Position numbers and translations under genes: made by a program. Under the pieces are notes generated by a model. The model was not told the origin of the DNA. It saw only the letters and a program-made list of their open reading frames with translations, and ran no database searches. A stretch of DNA of 64,000 nucleotides, from the IMG/VR virus record IMGVR_UViG_3300031996_000002. One strand, 5' to 3'. Positions 38,238 to 48,290 of the stretch are shown here, piece after piece. Source of the DNA: an uncultured virus (IMG/VR IMGVR_UViG_3300031996_000002) (Duplodnaviria; Heunggongvirae; Uroviricota; Caudoviricetes). Each line of letters opens with the position of its first letter. The stretch's first letter is position 1.

Positions 38238-41200
38238 CGACGTGCTCCCGTCAGGGCATCCAGGCGCTTCTTGGCCTCAAGCTTGCGCAGCATCTCGTTG
38301 GGGTCCTGCGCCTGCACGGTGATCGGACCGCTGATCTTGGTGGACCGGTCCACGTGCGAGTTGGTGATGTAGGTGGACGCCGCGGCAGGCACCCCGCGTG
38401 CCGCGCCCACGGCCCGGCGGGCATCGGCAGCGGAGTACTGCTTCATCACCGCCAGCAGGTAGTCCACGCCGCGCTGGTTCAGTGGCAGCACCATCTCCGG
38501 ACCACGCTCGCCCAACCCGGTAACCTTCTGCGCGCCACCGCTGAACAGACCGCCGTCGCCGTACCAGTTGTGCGCCTTCCAGAACTGCTGGGCCTTGGTC
38601 GGGGTGCCGTAGCGCTCGGCGATGTAGCCCAGGCCCCACTTGATCTGGGTGGCCGCGTTGGTCCGCCAGTCCGCTCCGGCGCTGGCCATCTTGGAGCCGG
38701 GCAGCGCCTGCGGAATGCCGTAGGCGTCGCTGCTGGGGTTCTTGGCGTACTGGTTCCAGCCGGACTCGTGCATGTAGATCCAGTTCAGCGCGTCCCAGTT
38801 GGGGCCGGTCCAGCCGCGGGCGGCCGCCATCCCCCGGCCCAGCATCGCGTTGCGCGCCGGAGTGCCTCGGCTGGGCGTGGGCATGGACAGGTCACCGCTG
38901 CCGCCGAAGTCGGCGTTCTCGGAGATCACCTTGGCCAGGAAGCCCGCCGGGATGGTCTGGGCCAACAGCCGCTCGGCGGCCCGGGTCTTCTCCCACTTGC
39001 GGACACCGTTGAGCTTGGCGATCTGGTCCAGCAGGTTGTACTGACCCGAGGAGTTGCGCACCCCGCGGGGAACCCCGGGGCCGATCATGTCCGGACCGCC
39101 ACCGATGTCGAAGTGGGCGTGGTTGAAGTGGTCGGCGACCTGCCAGATCACCCGCAGGCCGTACTGGCGAGCGACGTTGATGACCTTATTGATCGCGTTC
39201 TTCTCGTCGCTCTGGTCGTGGTTGACGTCGATCGCGCCAGCCTTGTAGTGCCAGGAGTTCTTGGCGTGCACCGGGTGGACCCCACCGAACAGCGGGTGCT
39301 CGGAGACGTTGTAGTCCTTGGACTGCAGCCAGCGACCGAACGGCACCAGGCCACCGGAGGCGAAGGCCATCTCGCCCTTGGGGATCTGGCGCTTGTTCAG
39401 CGCGTCCATGAAGCCCTTGCCGTAGTAGTTCACGGCGTCCACGTTGTGCACGTACTCACCGGCGGTGAGCCGGGCGTTGATGTTGTCGGCGCGCTTGTTC
39501 GGGGACCAGCCCTGGACGTGCCCCCCGTCGGCGTACTTGGTCGTCCCGCCGCCCATGTTGGCGCCACCACCGGAGGACATCGCCACCCCGCCGGAGGTGG
39601 TGCCCATCTTCAGGCCCATCTGGGAGAACAGGTGGGCCACGTCGGTGGCCAGCGTCTTGGCCTCGTCCTTGACCTGCTTGGAGGTGCCCTTGAACTGGTT
39701 GTACAGCGCCTGGGCCTGCTTGGCCGCGGTACCGGTCAGCGACCCGATCGCCTTGGCGACCAGGTCGTCGAAGGTGCCGGTGATCTCCTCGGCCGAGCGG
39801 GACAGGTCGTCGCGGGCGCGGATCATCTGCCGGTTGAAGTCGGTGACCATGTTGGCCACCGAGCGGGCGTAGTCGTCGGCCTGGCGCTGCCGGGCCTGGG
39901 AGAAGTCCGCCTCGGCCTGGGAGACCTGGATCCGGTTCTCCGTGCGCATGTCCTTCAGCGAGGTGGCGAAGGCCTCGGCCTGGCGGCCCATCGACTGGTT
40001 GAAGTCCGTCAGGGCGCGGTCGGCGTTGAGCTTGAAGGACCGCTCCATCTCGGACCACTGCTCGTTGTCCTTGTCGGTGACGATCTTCTTGGACGCCTTG
40101 AGCCGCGCCGTGGCCATGTCGTTGTAGGCCTTGACCAGCGCGGGGTCGCTCTGCAAGTCGGCGATGAAGCGGGCCAGCTGCTGGGCGTTCTCGGTCTCGT
40201 TCAGGCCCAGCAGCTTGATCACGTCACTGGACACGCCCATGCCCCTGGCCGTGGTCAGGTTGGTGGCCTGCTGCTGCAGCTGCTGGAGCTGGTCGTTGGC
40301 GTTGACCAACAGGTTGCTGGCGTCCCAGGAGCGCTTGACCTGGATCCGGTCGTAGATGTCGTACAGCTGCCGGGCCGCCTGGGACTGCAGCAGCATCACC
40401 TGGTGCTGGTAGTCCTCCTCGGAGCGGGCCCGCTGCTTGTTGAAGTCCGCCAGGGCGTAGCCGCGCTGCTTGTTGTAGTCACGCTGGCTGCGACCGATCT
40501 GCCGGTCGAAGGAGGCCTGGGACCGGTTGCGCTGCTTGTCGAAGTCCTCCTGGGCCCGCTTGCGGGACAGGTTGTACTCGAACTCCTGGCGCCCACGCTG
40601 GATGGCGAAGTCGGTCTGCGCCCGCTCGGTGGAGATCTCGAACTCGCGCTGCTGGGCGACGATCTGCTTGAAGAAGTCGTACGCCCCGGCCTTGGCGCCC
40701 TCCATCTGCTGGCGGGACTGCTCCAGCTCGGTCTCGGCCTCGGGGGAGTCCGGGTGGGCCGCAGCGTTGCGCTGGGCGGCCCTGAAGTTGCCGACCAGCT
40801 GTCCCGCCTGCTCGCCGCGGGACATGTAGTGCATCGCCTCGCTCTGGCGCTGCATGACCACGGCCTGGGCGTTGGCGGCCAGCTGGTAGAGCGGGTCGTT
40901 GACGTCGCCGACCGCGGCCTTGAAGTCCTGCAGCGAGCTGACCGCGCCGGAGAACCCCTTGGAGGTCGCCATGGCCGAAGCGGCCAGCTCCTTCATGGCG
41001 ATCTGCTGCATGTTGGCGTTGCCCTGGTTGCCAATGGCCTCGTTGACGTCCAGGCCCACCCGGGTCTGGTCGCCGCCGAAGACCCGGGCCCCGAACTGGG
41101 AGTACCGCAGCTGCTTGAGCGAGTAGTCCCCGACCTGGTCGAAGGGGTTGCGGGTCACCGTGGCCGAGGTGGTCGGGTTGAAGACCGAGGAGGTGTAGTT

Positions 41201-44071
41201 GGCCCCGGCGCCCGCGGTGGAGGCCAGCGCCTGGATCTGCTGACCCAGTGCCGAGGAGTACATCCTCGGGTCGGCCTTGTACCGGTCCAGCGCGGTCTTG
41301 AAGGTGGCGTTGCTGACCACCCCGTTGTCGATCGAGGGCGCGAACAGGTTGGTGAAGTCCCGCTGGACGTTCTTGTCCTTGGCGTCGATGCCCAGCTGAG
41401 CGGCGATCGAGGACAGGATGAGCTCGGTGTTGCCACCCCTCATCCGCGAGCGGGAGGCTCCGTTGAGGGTGGCGATGGTGTACTGCGCCCCGGCAGCCGA
41501 GCCGTACTTGGAGTTGATGTCGGCCAGGTTGGCCTGGCCGGTGGCGGCCGCCAGCTTGGAGGCGTTGCGGGCATCGTCCGAGGAGTGCCGCCAGGGGCCG
41601 AACCCGCTGCGGTCACCCAGGGTGTTGTTGAACAGGTCCCGGGTGTCCAGCGCCCCGCTCATCGAGGACTGGGCGTTGAGGATCTGCTGGGCGGTCTTCT
41701 GGCCGAACCGCTTGGTCAGGTCATAGCCGAGCAGGATCTTGCCCTGGTCGGACAGGCTGGCGCTCTTGGCGTAGGTGGTGGCCTCCGCCTCGGTCATCTT
41801 TCCGATGCGCGGGTCGGTGTAGGCGTGGCCGGGCTTGGCGGCCTCCTTGGCCATCGCGTCGGAGACAACCCCAGGCTTCTCCTTGGGGCTCATGTCCGAG
41901 GCGTTGCGCTTGACGATGTCGGCGAAGGTCGTGGTGGCCCGCGCTGCCTCGCCCAGGGCCACCCGGTAGGCCCCACCGGCGGCCTGGGTGGCATCGGCGT
42001 CATCAGCCGCGGCCAGGTCCTTGGACATGTTGTCCTTGTGGCTCTGGTAGGCCGAGAAGCCAATAGCCCCAGCGGTCAGGGCCAAGCCCACCGGACCGCC
42101 CAGGAAGCCCATCGCAGCCCCGCCGATGCCCTTCAGGGCGGTCCCGGCCAGGCCTGCTATGCCCGGGGCTGCCTTGGCCAGGCCTCGGGCCGCACCGCCG
42201 CCGACCATCAGCATGGAGCCTGCCGCGGCCTTGCCCATCGCCACGCTCAGCGACAGGGTCTCCTTGCCCAGGGTCTTGAAGAACCCGGCCTGCCGGGCGC
42301 TCTCCCGCCCGACGTTGTTCAGCCCGTTGGCGGCGTTCTTGGCGGCCGCCGCGGTGGCGGCGTTGTTCTTGCCGCTCAGGGCGTCCTTGATCCCGGAGAA
42401 GCTGTCGCTGATGGTCTTCTTCTGGGCGGCGAAGAAGTCCCCGAAGGTCTTGGACTCGAAGGTGGCGCTGCGGTTCATCGGGTTGCGGACGTTGCCCCAG
42501 TAGACGGGCTCCATCTGCATCCGGGTGAAGGCGCCCAGACCGTGCACGCCCAGGGCACCCAGCCGGGACAGCGGGTTGGGACCGCCCTGGCCCGAGCCGC
42601 CGCTGCGCCGGGCGCTGCGCCAGTCGTGGAACCGGTTCTGGGCGGCCCCGGCGGACATGCCGATCTCGAACAGGCGGCGCTGGAACATGCCGCCCTCGCC
42701 GCTGGTGTAGCTGTCCGCGGCCCGGCTGGCCCAGCCACGGTCGTCGCCACGAGCGATCCGGCGACCGGCGTTGAAGGTGCCGCCCTGCAGCTGGCGGAAG
42801 GCAGCCATGCCAGTCATCAGGCCCAGGCTGCGCACGATGGTGCCCGCCACCCCGACCATGGCGGTCCCGGCCAGGGCTGCCACGCCGGGGATCGACCCCA
42901 TCGACTGCAGCAGCGCGGCGATCGGCTTGACCACCGAGTTGATCGCCGAGACCACGGCCTTGGTGGGGCCGACGAAGGCCTTGCCGAAGGCCTGGCCCAC
43001 CATGGACAGGTTGTTGCCGAGCTTCTGCAGCTCGTCGTTGAGCCCGTCCATCGCCGTCTTGGCGGCGTCGTTGAACGGCTTGGTGTTCTCGTACCCCTTG
43101 GCCACGTCGGCCATGGCGGACTGGATCCCACCCTGGGAGGCCATGCCCTGCAGGGCCTTGTAGGTCCGGATGCCGTCCAGACCGAAGCGCTCCAGGGTCT
43201 TGATCGCGTCCGGGCCCTGCTTGTTGATCGCGTCGAAGATCTTGATGACGGCCTCGGAGCGCGGCATCTGCTTGAACTGCGAGACGCTGACCCCGATGAG
43301 GTTGGAGTAGGCCTTCAGCTCCGGGGAGCCGTACTGGATGCTCCGAGTGATGTCGGTGAGCATCTTGTTGAACGCCGTGGCGGCCGCGCCACCGTCCTGA
43401 CCGGCCTTCACGAAGGCGGTCGAGAAGCCCATCACTTCTTTTTGGGAGATCCCCGCGACCTTGGCCACCGGTGCGATGGCGTTGGAGAAGTCCAGCACCG
43501 ACTGGGCGCTGACACCGGCGCTGGCACTGACCTTGGCGAGCGCGGAGGAGAACTTCTCGGTGTACTGCCCGCCCAGGGTCCCCATCTGGCGCTGCAGGCC
43601 GATCATGCCCGCGGTGAGCCCGGACAGCGACTCCCCGGTGACCGCGGAGAGCTTGAGCATCGAGGCGCTGATCTGGTCGATGCCGCGGACCTGACCAAGC
43701 TTGGACAGCTGGGTCTGCAGCGCGATGGCCTGGTCGGTGGTGACCGCGAACGAGCCACGCAGGGCGTTGACGTTCTTGGCCATGTCGTCGACCTTGCGGC
43801 CGGTCAGCACGGCGTTGGCCTGCATGGTCGACATCTGCTGGTCGAACTTGGCCGCCGAGGCCGTAGCGGCCGCCAGACCGGCGATCCCGGCGGCGGAGAC
43901 GATCTGCAGCTTCTTGCCGGTCCGCTGGGCCAGCGTGTTCATCGCCGAGGACAGCGCGAGCACCGAGGTGGTCAGCGAGGCAGTCGACTTGGCCGACTCG
44001 TCCATCGAGCGGTTGTACTGCCGGTTGTCAGCAGTCAGGACGACATTGGCAGTCTGGTCTGCGCCAGGCAC
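38234..44071 (-). CDS. tape measure protein with C-terminal peptidase-like and lytic transglycosylase domains
   Basis: 1945-aa Ala-rich helical protein after the chaperones; HESGWN..A.NPSS.AYGIPQ transglycosylase motif; HxxxxAxD...HxH motif. Confidence 0.92.
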   Translation of the reverse strand: MPGADQTANVVLTADNRQYNRSMDESAKSTASLTTSVLALSSAMNTLAQRTGKKLQIVSAAGIAGLAAATASAAKFDQQMSTMQANAVLTGRKVDDMAKNVNALRGSFAVTTDQAIALQTQLSKLGQVRGIDQISASMLKLSAVTGESLSGLTAGMIGLQRQMGTLGGQYTEKFSSALAKVSASAGVSAQSVLDFSNAIAPVAKVAGISQKEVMGFSTAFVKAGQDGGAAATAFNKMLTDITRSIQYGSPELKAYSNLIGVSVSQFKQMPRSEAVIKIFDAINKQGPDAIKTLERFGLDGIRTYKALQGMASQGGIQSAMADVAKGYENTKPFNDAAKTAMDGLNDELQKLGNNLSMVGQAFGKAFVGPTKAVVSAINSVVKPIAALLQSMGSIPGVAALAGTAMVGVAGTIVRSLGLMTGMAAFRQLQGGTFNAGRRIARGDDRGWASRAADSYTSGEGGMFQRRLFEIGMSAGAAQNRFHDWRSARRSGGSGQGGPNPLSRLGALGVHGLGAFTRMQMEPVYWGNVRNPMNRSATFESKTFGDFFAAQKKTISDSFSGIKDALSGKNNAATAAAAKNAANGLNNVGRESARQAGFFKTLGKETLSLSVAMGKAAAGSMLMVGGGAARGLAKAAPGIAGLAGTALKGIGGAAMGFLGGPVGLALTAGAIGFSAYQSHKDNMSKDLAAADDADATQAAGGAYRVALGEAARATTTFADIVKRNASDMSPKEKPGVVSDAMAKEAAKPGHAYTDPRIGKMTEAEATTYAKSASLSDQGKILLGYDLTKRFGQKTAQQILNAQSSMSGALDTRDLFNNTLGDRSGFGPWRHSSDDARNASKLAAATGQANLADINSKYGSAAGAQYTIATLNGASRSRMRGGNTELILSSIAAQLGIDAKDKNVQRDFTNLFAPSIDNGVVSNATFKTALDRYKADPRMYSSALGQQIQALASTAGAGANYTSSVFNPTTSATVTRNPFDQVGDYSLKQLRYSQFGARVFGGDQTRVGLDVNEAIGNQGNANMQQIAMKELAASAMATSKGFSGAVSSLQDFKAAVGDVNDPLYQLAANAQAVVMQRQSEAMHYMSRGEQAGQLVGNFRAAQRNAAAHPDSPEAETELEQSRQQMEGAKAGAYDFFKQIVAQQREFEISTERAQTDFAIQRGRQEFEYNLSRKRAQEDFDKQRNRSQASFDRQIGRSQRDYNKQRGYALADFNKQRARSEEDYQHQVMLLQSQAARQLYDIYDRIQVKRSWDASNLLVNANDQLQQLQQQATNLTTARGMGVSSDVIKLLGLNETENAQQLARFIADLQSDPALVKAYNDMATARLKASKKIVTDKDNEQWSEMERSFKLNADRALTDFNQSMGRQAEAFATSLKDMRTENRIQVSQAEADFSQARQRQADDYARSVANMVTDFNRQMIRARDDLSRSAEEITGTFDDLVAKAIGSLTGTAAKQAQALYNQFKGTSKQVKDEAKTLATDVAHLFSQMGLKMGTTSGGVAMSSGGGANMGGGTTKYADGGHVQGWSPNKRADNINARLTAGEYVHNVDAVNYYGKGFMDALNKRQIPKGEMAFASGGLVPFGRWLQSKDYNVSEHPLFGGVHPVHAKNSWHYKAGAIDVNHDQSDEKNAINKVINVARQYGLRVIWQVADHFNHAHFDIGGGPDMIGPGVPRGVRNSSGQYNLLDQIAKLNGVRKWEKTRAAERLLAQTIPAGFLAKVISENADFGGSGDLSMPTPSRGTPARNAMLGRGMAAARGWTGPNWDALNWIYMHESGWNQYAKNPSSDAYGIPQALPGSKMASAGADWRTNAATQIKWGLGYIAERYGTPTKAQQFWKAHNWYGDGGLFSGGAQKVTGLGERGPEMVLPLNQRGVDYLLAVMKQYSAADARRAVGAARGVPAAASTYITNSHVDRSTKISGPITVQAQDPNEMLRKLEAKKRLDALTGARR

Positions 44072-44454
44072 TAGCCCTCCTCGTCGCCCAGGTCCATCAT
44101 CGCTAGCCGGGCTTGGTTCACCTTCTTCTGTGCTCGGGTGAGCTCAGTAACGGGGATCAACTCGACTGTGGTGCCGGGGAGGTTGTTACTTCCCTCGGAA
44201 GCCACCGCTTTCAGGTAGCACCCTCGGCAGTACTGCTCCTCGGCCTCATAGGCGAATCGGTTCTCCGTCCACTCCCATTCTGCTGTTCCGCACAACTGGC
44301 ACCGGGCCGCCTGCTCCAGGGCGAAGGCCAGTGTCTTGGCACGGTCTTGGGGCGCCCAGGACAGGAAGTCACTGTGGGAGATGCCCCGCTCGTAGCAGTA
44401 AGACATCTCCAGGGAAAAGCTGGAGTCGCTCCTCAGGCGCTCTCGGTAAAAGGG
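44071..44454 (-). CDS. tail assembly chaperone, -1 frameshift extension (gpGT-like)
   Basis: overlapping -1 frame entered at CCCTTTT (44448-44454); ends at the tape measure start. Confidence 0.7.
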   Translation of the reverse strand, partial: PFYRERLRSDSSFSLEMSYCYERGISHSDFLSWAPQDRAKTLAFALEQAARCQLCGTAEWEWTENRFAYEAEEQYCRGCYLKAVASEGSNNLPGTTVELIPVTELTRAQKKVNQARLAMMDLGDEEG

Positions 44455-44855
44455 ATGTCCATCCCCTCCATGCACAGCTGGGACGCCGTGTTGAACAGTG
44501 TGCCGAGCTCACCGGCCGACCACTCACCGGACTCCCAGATCTCCTTCATCTCCTGCTCGGAGACCTCGGGGTCCTGCAGGCAGGCCGCCACCAGCGCCGG
44601 GGCGAAGGTGTCGGGGTTCCAGGACATCCCGTCGATCTTCTGCTTGGGCGTCGGCTGGTGCTTGGCCTGCAGGGCATCCAGGTCGTGGCTGCCCAAGGCG
44701 GTGAAGGTGAACTCGGCGGTCTGTCCGTTGATCGACATGGCGATCGTCTTGGACCGACGCTTCTTGCTGCGCAGCAGGTCCAGGGTGGCCTTCTTCGAGG
44801 CCTTGCTCTGGTCCTGCCGCGCAGCAACGGTAGAAACGCTGATGTTGCTAGGCAT
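44433..44855 (-). CDS. tail assembly chaperone (gpG-like)
   Basis: between tail tube and tape measure; GGAGG RBS. Confidence 0.75.
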   Translation of the reverse strand: MPSNISVSTVAARQDQSKASKKATLDLLRSKKRRSKTIAMSINGQTAEFTFTALGSHDLDALQAKHQPTPKQKIDGMSWNPDTFAPALVAACLQDPEVSEQEMKEIWESGEWSAGELGTLFNTASQLCMEGMDIPFTESA

Positions 44856-44919
44856 TACGTCCTCCGGGCGGGAGAGGGTTATGGGTGTTGGGTAGCTCTA
44901 CCTGATCTGGAAAGCCAGG

Positions 44920-45408
44920 TCAGGCAGCGACAGTTGCGGACTCCGCAGGCTCCACGGGAACCGAGCAGGTGACCGTGAAGGTCATCACGGTGTTGTTGCT
45001 CATGTTCGCCATGGTCCGAGAGACCACGGCCACCGGCCAGACCTCGACCTTGTCCGCAGCCGCAGGCTGGTTGGCCGTACCTGAACCGCCGAAGCGGGAC
45101 AGGATGAAGAAGCCGTTGGTGGCTCGCGGCAACGTGACCCAGGCCAGGTCACCCGTGGCGCCGCTGGCGTCGTCACGGTAGAAGTCCGCGGAGAACGACG
45201 CCTGGGAGGTGCCCGGGATGCTGGTCTCGAACAGGGTGTCGAAGCTGGGGGTGGGGACCGAGTTGCCCTGAGCGCTGGCGTTGATCGAGATGACGTAGTG
45301 CGTCAGGTCGACTGCGGCCGTGATCTCGGCAGCGGTGGGGGCAGCGATCGAAGCAACCGTAGTCGCAAAGCCGACCCAGGTGTTCTCATTCGGGATGAGG
45401 CGTGCCAC
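44920..45408 (-). CDS. major tail (tube) protein
   Basis: IAAPTAAEI.A.VDL..., KVEVWPV motifs like actinophage tube proteins; AAGGAG RBS. Confidence 0.8.
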   Translation of the reverse strand: MARLIPNENTWVGFATTVASIAAPTAAEITAAVDLTHYVISINASAQGNSVPTPSFDTLFETSIPGTSQASFSADFYRDDASGATGDLAWVTLPRATNGFFILSRFGGSGTANQPAAADKVEVWPVAVVSRTMANMSNNTVMTFTVTCSVPVEPAESATVAA

Positions 45409-45480
45409 TGGTTACTCCTTGTTGGTGTAGTACTTACCGCTCTTATCGTCCAAGGCAGGCTGGGTCATTTCCAGCCACCC

Positions 45481-45666
45481 CTACTTCTTCAGCTTGTACT
45501 TGCGCTCCAGCCACACCGGCACGGACTCGGGCTGCACCCAGACCTCGTTGCCGAAGGGGTCGGACAGCGCCACACCCTGGCGAGTGACGGTGACCTTCTC
45601 GGTCTTTCCGTCGGTCACCTCCACGGCAACCTGCTCGGCCTGGGGCTCGTCCTTCTTGGTCGTCAT
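45481..45666 (-). CDS. small hypothetical protein
   Basis: AAAGGAG RBS; TGATG overlap. Confidence 0.55.
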   Translation of the reverse strand: MTTKKDEPQAEQVAVEVTDGKTEKVTVTRQGVALSDPFGNEVWVQPESVPVWLERKYKLKK

Positions 45667-46127
45667 CACAGCTCCTTTGAGAGATACACAGCGACGATGT
45701 CGCTCTGGGAGAACTCGGAAGGCTCGGTGTTGTCGGTTCGACCCACCCCTCCGAGACTGGTGGTCCGGACCTGCTGGATCCGGTAGCTGTCGTTGCCCAG
45801 GGTCAGGTTCAGCCGGGCGGTGGGGCGCACCAGCAACCGGCACCGGTCGGCCTGGAACTCCACCTGCTCGCGGGAGATCCCGAAGGAGTCGATCCGGTAG
45901 GGCAGGATCCAGTCCGCGCTGGAGTCGGCCAGCGGTCCGCTGATGTCCCCCGAGGGCATCGGGGTCAGCACGCTGTAGGCCGCGTAGGAGGCGCTGTCGG
46001 AGGTGGGGGACTGGTCCCAGCCGCCCTCGTCCGGAGCCTCGGCATCCCCGACCAGGAACTCACTGCGCAGCTGGGCCAACAGCCACGCCGACAGGTCCCC
46101 ACGGGAGACGTCGGTGGGGCTAGGCAC
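45666..46127 (-). CDS. tail terminator protein
   Basis: position before the tube gene; VGD.EAP..GGW..Y.VL pattern. Confidence 0.65.
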   Translation of the reverse strand: MPSPTDVSRGDLSAWLLAQLRSEFLVGDAEAPDEGGWDQSPTSDSASYAAYSVLTPMPSGDISGPLADSSADWILPYRIDSFGISREQVEFQADRCRLLVRPTARLNLTLGNDSYRIQQVRTTSLGGVGRTDNTEPSEFSQSDIVAVYLSKEL

Positions 46128-46578
46128 CCTGACCCCCAGTGATCATGGCCAGGCCCACCTGGGCCGCCCTGGGGCCCAAGGAGGCCACGTACTCGGCAGC
46201 CGCGGGACGGGCGTAGGGAGAGGCCTTCTGACCGCGCAGCCCGGAGGCCTTCTTGGTGTCGATCACCAACACGGTGCCGCGGGTGGAGACCAGGTAGGCC
46301 TTGTTGTAGAGCTCCCCACGAGCTCCGGTGCCGAACTCCACGAAGGCGGCATACGGCACGGTGGTGGGACCCACGACCACCTTCATGTGCATGGAGACCA
46401 CCCGGATGTCGGACTTGAGCCGACCGGTACGCACCGGCACCAGCTCGCGCATCCGCTTGGCGATCTTCTCCCCGGCGTCCTGGAGCATCTCCTGCAGCGC
46501 GGCGTCGCTGCGCTTGCCCGCCTTGGCCAGCCGGTCGCCCAGTGCCGTCAGGTCTGCGTAGGCAGCGTCGTAGCCCAT
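46120..46578 (-). CDS. HK97 gp10-like neck/tail completion protein
   Basis: PVRTGRLKS.I, YAAFVEFGT, PY.RPA motifs. Confidence 0.8.
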   Translation of the reverse strand: MGYDAAYADLTALGDRLAKAGKRSDAALQEMLQDAGEKIAKRMRELVPVRTGRLKSDIRVVSMHMKVVVGPTTVPYAAFVEFGTGARGELYNKAYLVSTRGTVLVIDTKKASGLRGQKASPYARPAAAEYVASLGPRAAQVGLAMITGGQGA

Positions 46579-46991
46579 TACCAGGACCCCTTCTGGGACT
46601 CCACCACGCGCACCAGCAGCTTGCGGCTGGCCCGCAGCCCACCGCCGCGGACCACCGAGATGACGCTCACCGTGGTGCCCACCAAGGTGGGGTCGGAGGA
46701 GGCGGTGATCTGGACCGTGTCGTCGCTCTCGGGGACCGCGGCGTCGTACGGCAGGGACAGGTAGGACTGGGTCATCACCAGCTCCTCCTCTCCCACCAGG
46801 ATCTGCTGCCCGGCCTGGACCTCCCAGTACCGGCACGGCCCCTGGTACTTCATCGTCGGGGCCGGGGTGTGCGTCTTGCCGGTGGTGCGGTCCAGTACCG
46901 GCTTGCCCGGGGTGTAGATCTTGCAGGCGTCGTGCATCAGGTCGGTCGCCCGCTTGCGGATGTAGCCACTGGCCATCGGTGAGATGCGCAT
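46578..46991 (-). CDS. head-to-tail stopper (DUF6093-like)
   Basis: M.D.C.I......LD..TG......Y.GPCR...D.V.IT.S.DP.LVG pattern. Confidence 0.7.
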   Translation of the reverse strand: MRISPMASGYIRKRATDLMHDACKIYTPGKPVLDRTTGKTHTPAPTMKYQGPCRYWEVQAGQQILVGEEELVMTQSYLSLPYDAAVPESDDTVQITASSDPTLVGTTVSVISVVRGGGLRASRKLLVRVVESQKGSW

Positions 46992-47461
46992 CAGTAACTC
47001 CCGTTGATCTCCGGGATCCACACCGGTGGGCCGTACCCACCGAAGTCCTGCTGGCCTGCCTCCGGGTCGTCGTGCATGCCGCGTCCGAAGGACAACGGGC
47101 GCACGGTGGGGTCAGGCTGCTCGCCGATGGTGACGCCGCCCGCATCAACTAGTCCACCGGCGAGCAGCTGTTCGTGCTGAGACCGTAGGCGATCCGCCAG
47201 GCTCAGATACTTCTCCTGCAGCTCTCCTGCCGACAGCGACTGGCTGTCCGCGGAGATGTTCACCTCACGCGCATACCGGGCGGCGATGGCCTCAGCAGCC
47301 ATGGCAGCGGCGTAGTACACCGACCGGTCACCCCACAGCTGCAGGAGGTAGTTGATCTCCTCGTCCTGCAGCTGAGGCTCGCTGGCGTCGATGTCACCCA
47401 CCAAGAAGCGCACCGAGTCCAGCGGCACGCTCTCGGGGTTGGAGGTGTAGGTGAAACCCAT
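46991..47461 (-). CDS. head-to-tail adaptor
   Basis: FTY...D.VRFLVGD.D...LQDEEINYLL motif. Confidence 0.75.
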   Translation of the reverse strand: MGFTYTSNPESVPLDSVRFLVGDIDASEPQLQDEEINYLLQLWGDRSVYYAAAMAAEAIAARYAREVNISADSQSLSAGELQEKYLSLADRLRSQHEQLLAGGLVDAGGVTIGEQPDPTVRPLSFGRGMHDDPEAGQQDFGGYGPPVWIPEINGSY

Positions 47462-47980
47462 TTAGGCCTTCTTGGCGGCCGTCTTCTTCGCGGGCTTGGG
47501 CTCAGGAGCGTCGTCGTGCTTGACCTTGACCTTCGAGCCCGAGTCCGTGGTGAGCTGCTCCTGCTCGGTGGCCAGCAGCTTCTCAGCATCGGAGTGACCG
47601 GCCTGGTCGTGGGCCTGGGCGGCGTGGTCGAGCACGAGCTGGTGCAGCTGCTCCTGGACCTCGGCCTCCTTCTCGGCCTGCTCCATCTGTGGGGTCTTCT
47701 CCCACTCGTTCTGGGCCGACACGAAGCTCTGGTCACCCTCGATGGCAGCCAGCGCCTCCTCCTTGGTGCGCACCGCAGTGAACACGTGTGGGGGCAGCCG
47801 GTCGTAGCCCTCGCCGTACACCTTGTACAGCAGGCCGGTGTCGACGAAGGCCTCCAGGTAGCGCCAGGACTCGGCAAGCCGAGCCGGGATCTCCTCCCCG
47901 GTGGTGTGCTCGCCTTCCTCGGAGGTAAACGGGCGGCCCACGATGTACTTCACACCCTGGGTTCCGAGGTACTCGCTCAT
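47462..47980 (-). CDS. hypothetical head-associated protein
   Basis: between capsid and adaptor genes; AKK-rich tail. Confidence 0.6.
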   Translation of the reverse strand: MSEYLGTQGVKYIVGRPFTSEEGEHTTGEEIPARLAESWRYLEAFVDTGLLYKVYGEGYDRLPPHVFTAVRTKEEALAAIEGDQSFVSAQNEWEKTPQMEQAEKEAEVQEQLHQLVLDHAAQAHDQAGHSDAEKLLATEQEQLTTDSGSKVKVKHDDAPEPKPAKKTAAKKA

Positions 47981-48222
47981 GACTTCTTCTTCCTCGACGT
48001 CTTGGCCTTGTTGTACTCGCTGCGCAGCTCGGCAGTCTGTGCCTTGCGGTAGCTGCGAGAGGTGAAGGTCCGCTTCAGACCGTCCAGGTCGGCTGCTTCC
48101 CTGAATCCCTTGCCGCGGGCCTGGTTCCGCTTCTCGTGAGTCGCCTTGCGGGCCTGGACGTAGTCCATGAACCCCTTGGCGACCTCATCGGGACCGTGGT
48201 CCACACCCCACACCGATTGCAT
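47977..48222 (-). CDS. small basic protein starting with the SVWGVDH...VAK motif (putative capsid cargo)
   Basis: AGGAG RBS; MQSVWGVDHGPDEVAKG then a K/R-rich body. Confidence 0.65.
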   Translation of the reverse strand: MQSVWGVDHGPDEVAKGFMDYVQARKATHEKRNQARGKGFREAADLDGLKRTFTSRSYRKAQTAELRSEYNKAKTSRKKKS

Positions 48223-48239
48223 GTCTCTCCTAGATGTGA

Positions 48240-48277
48240 AGGAGGGGGCCAAGAGGCTAACCTCTCAGCCCCCTCCT
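48240..48277 (-). terminator. hairpin after the capsid gene
   Basis: AGGAGGGGGC...GCCCCCTCCT enclosing AGAGG/CCTCT. Confidence 0.55.
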
Positions 48278-48290
48278 ACAGGGTTCTTCG

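Noticed and set aside
39850..40650. Periodic repeats in tape measure as a novel element
   Set aside because: Roughly 11-residue aromatic periodicity is an ordinary tape-measure feature.
38354..44074. 1906-aa + strand ORF (and similar long antisense ORFs at 1996-3627, 48699-50465, 57320-59209)
   Set aside because: Shadow frames opposite real genes; high GC3 codon bias suppresses stops on the antisense strand and the translations have no recognisable motifs.
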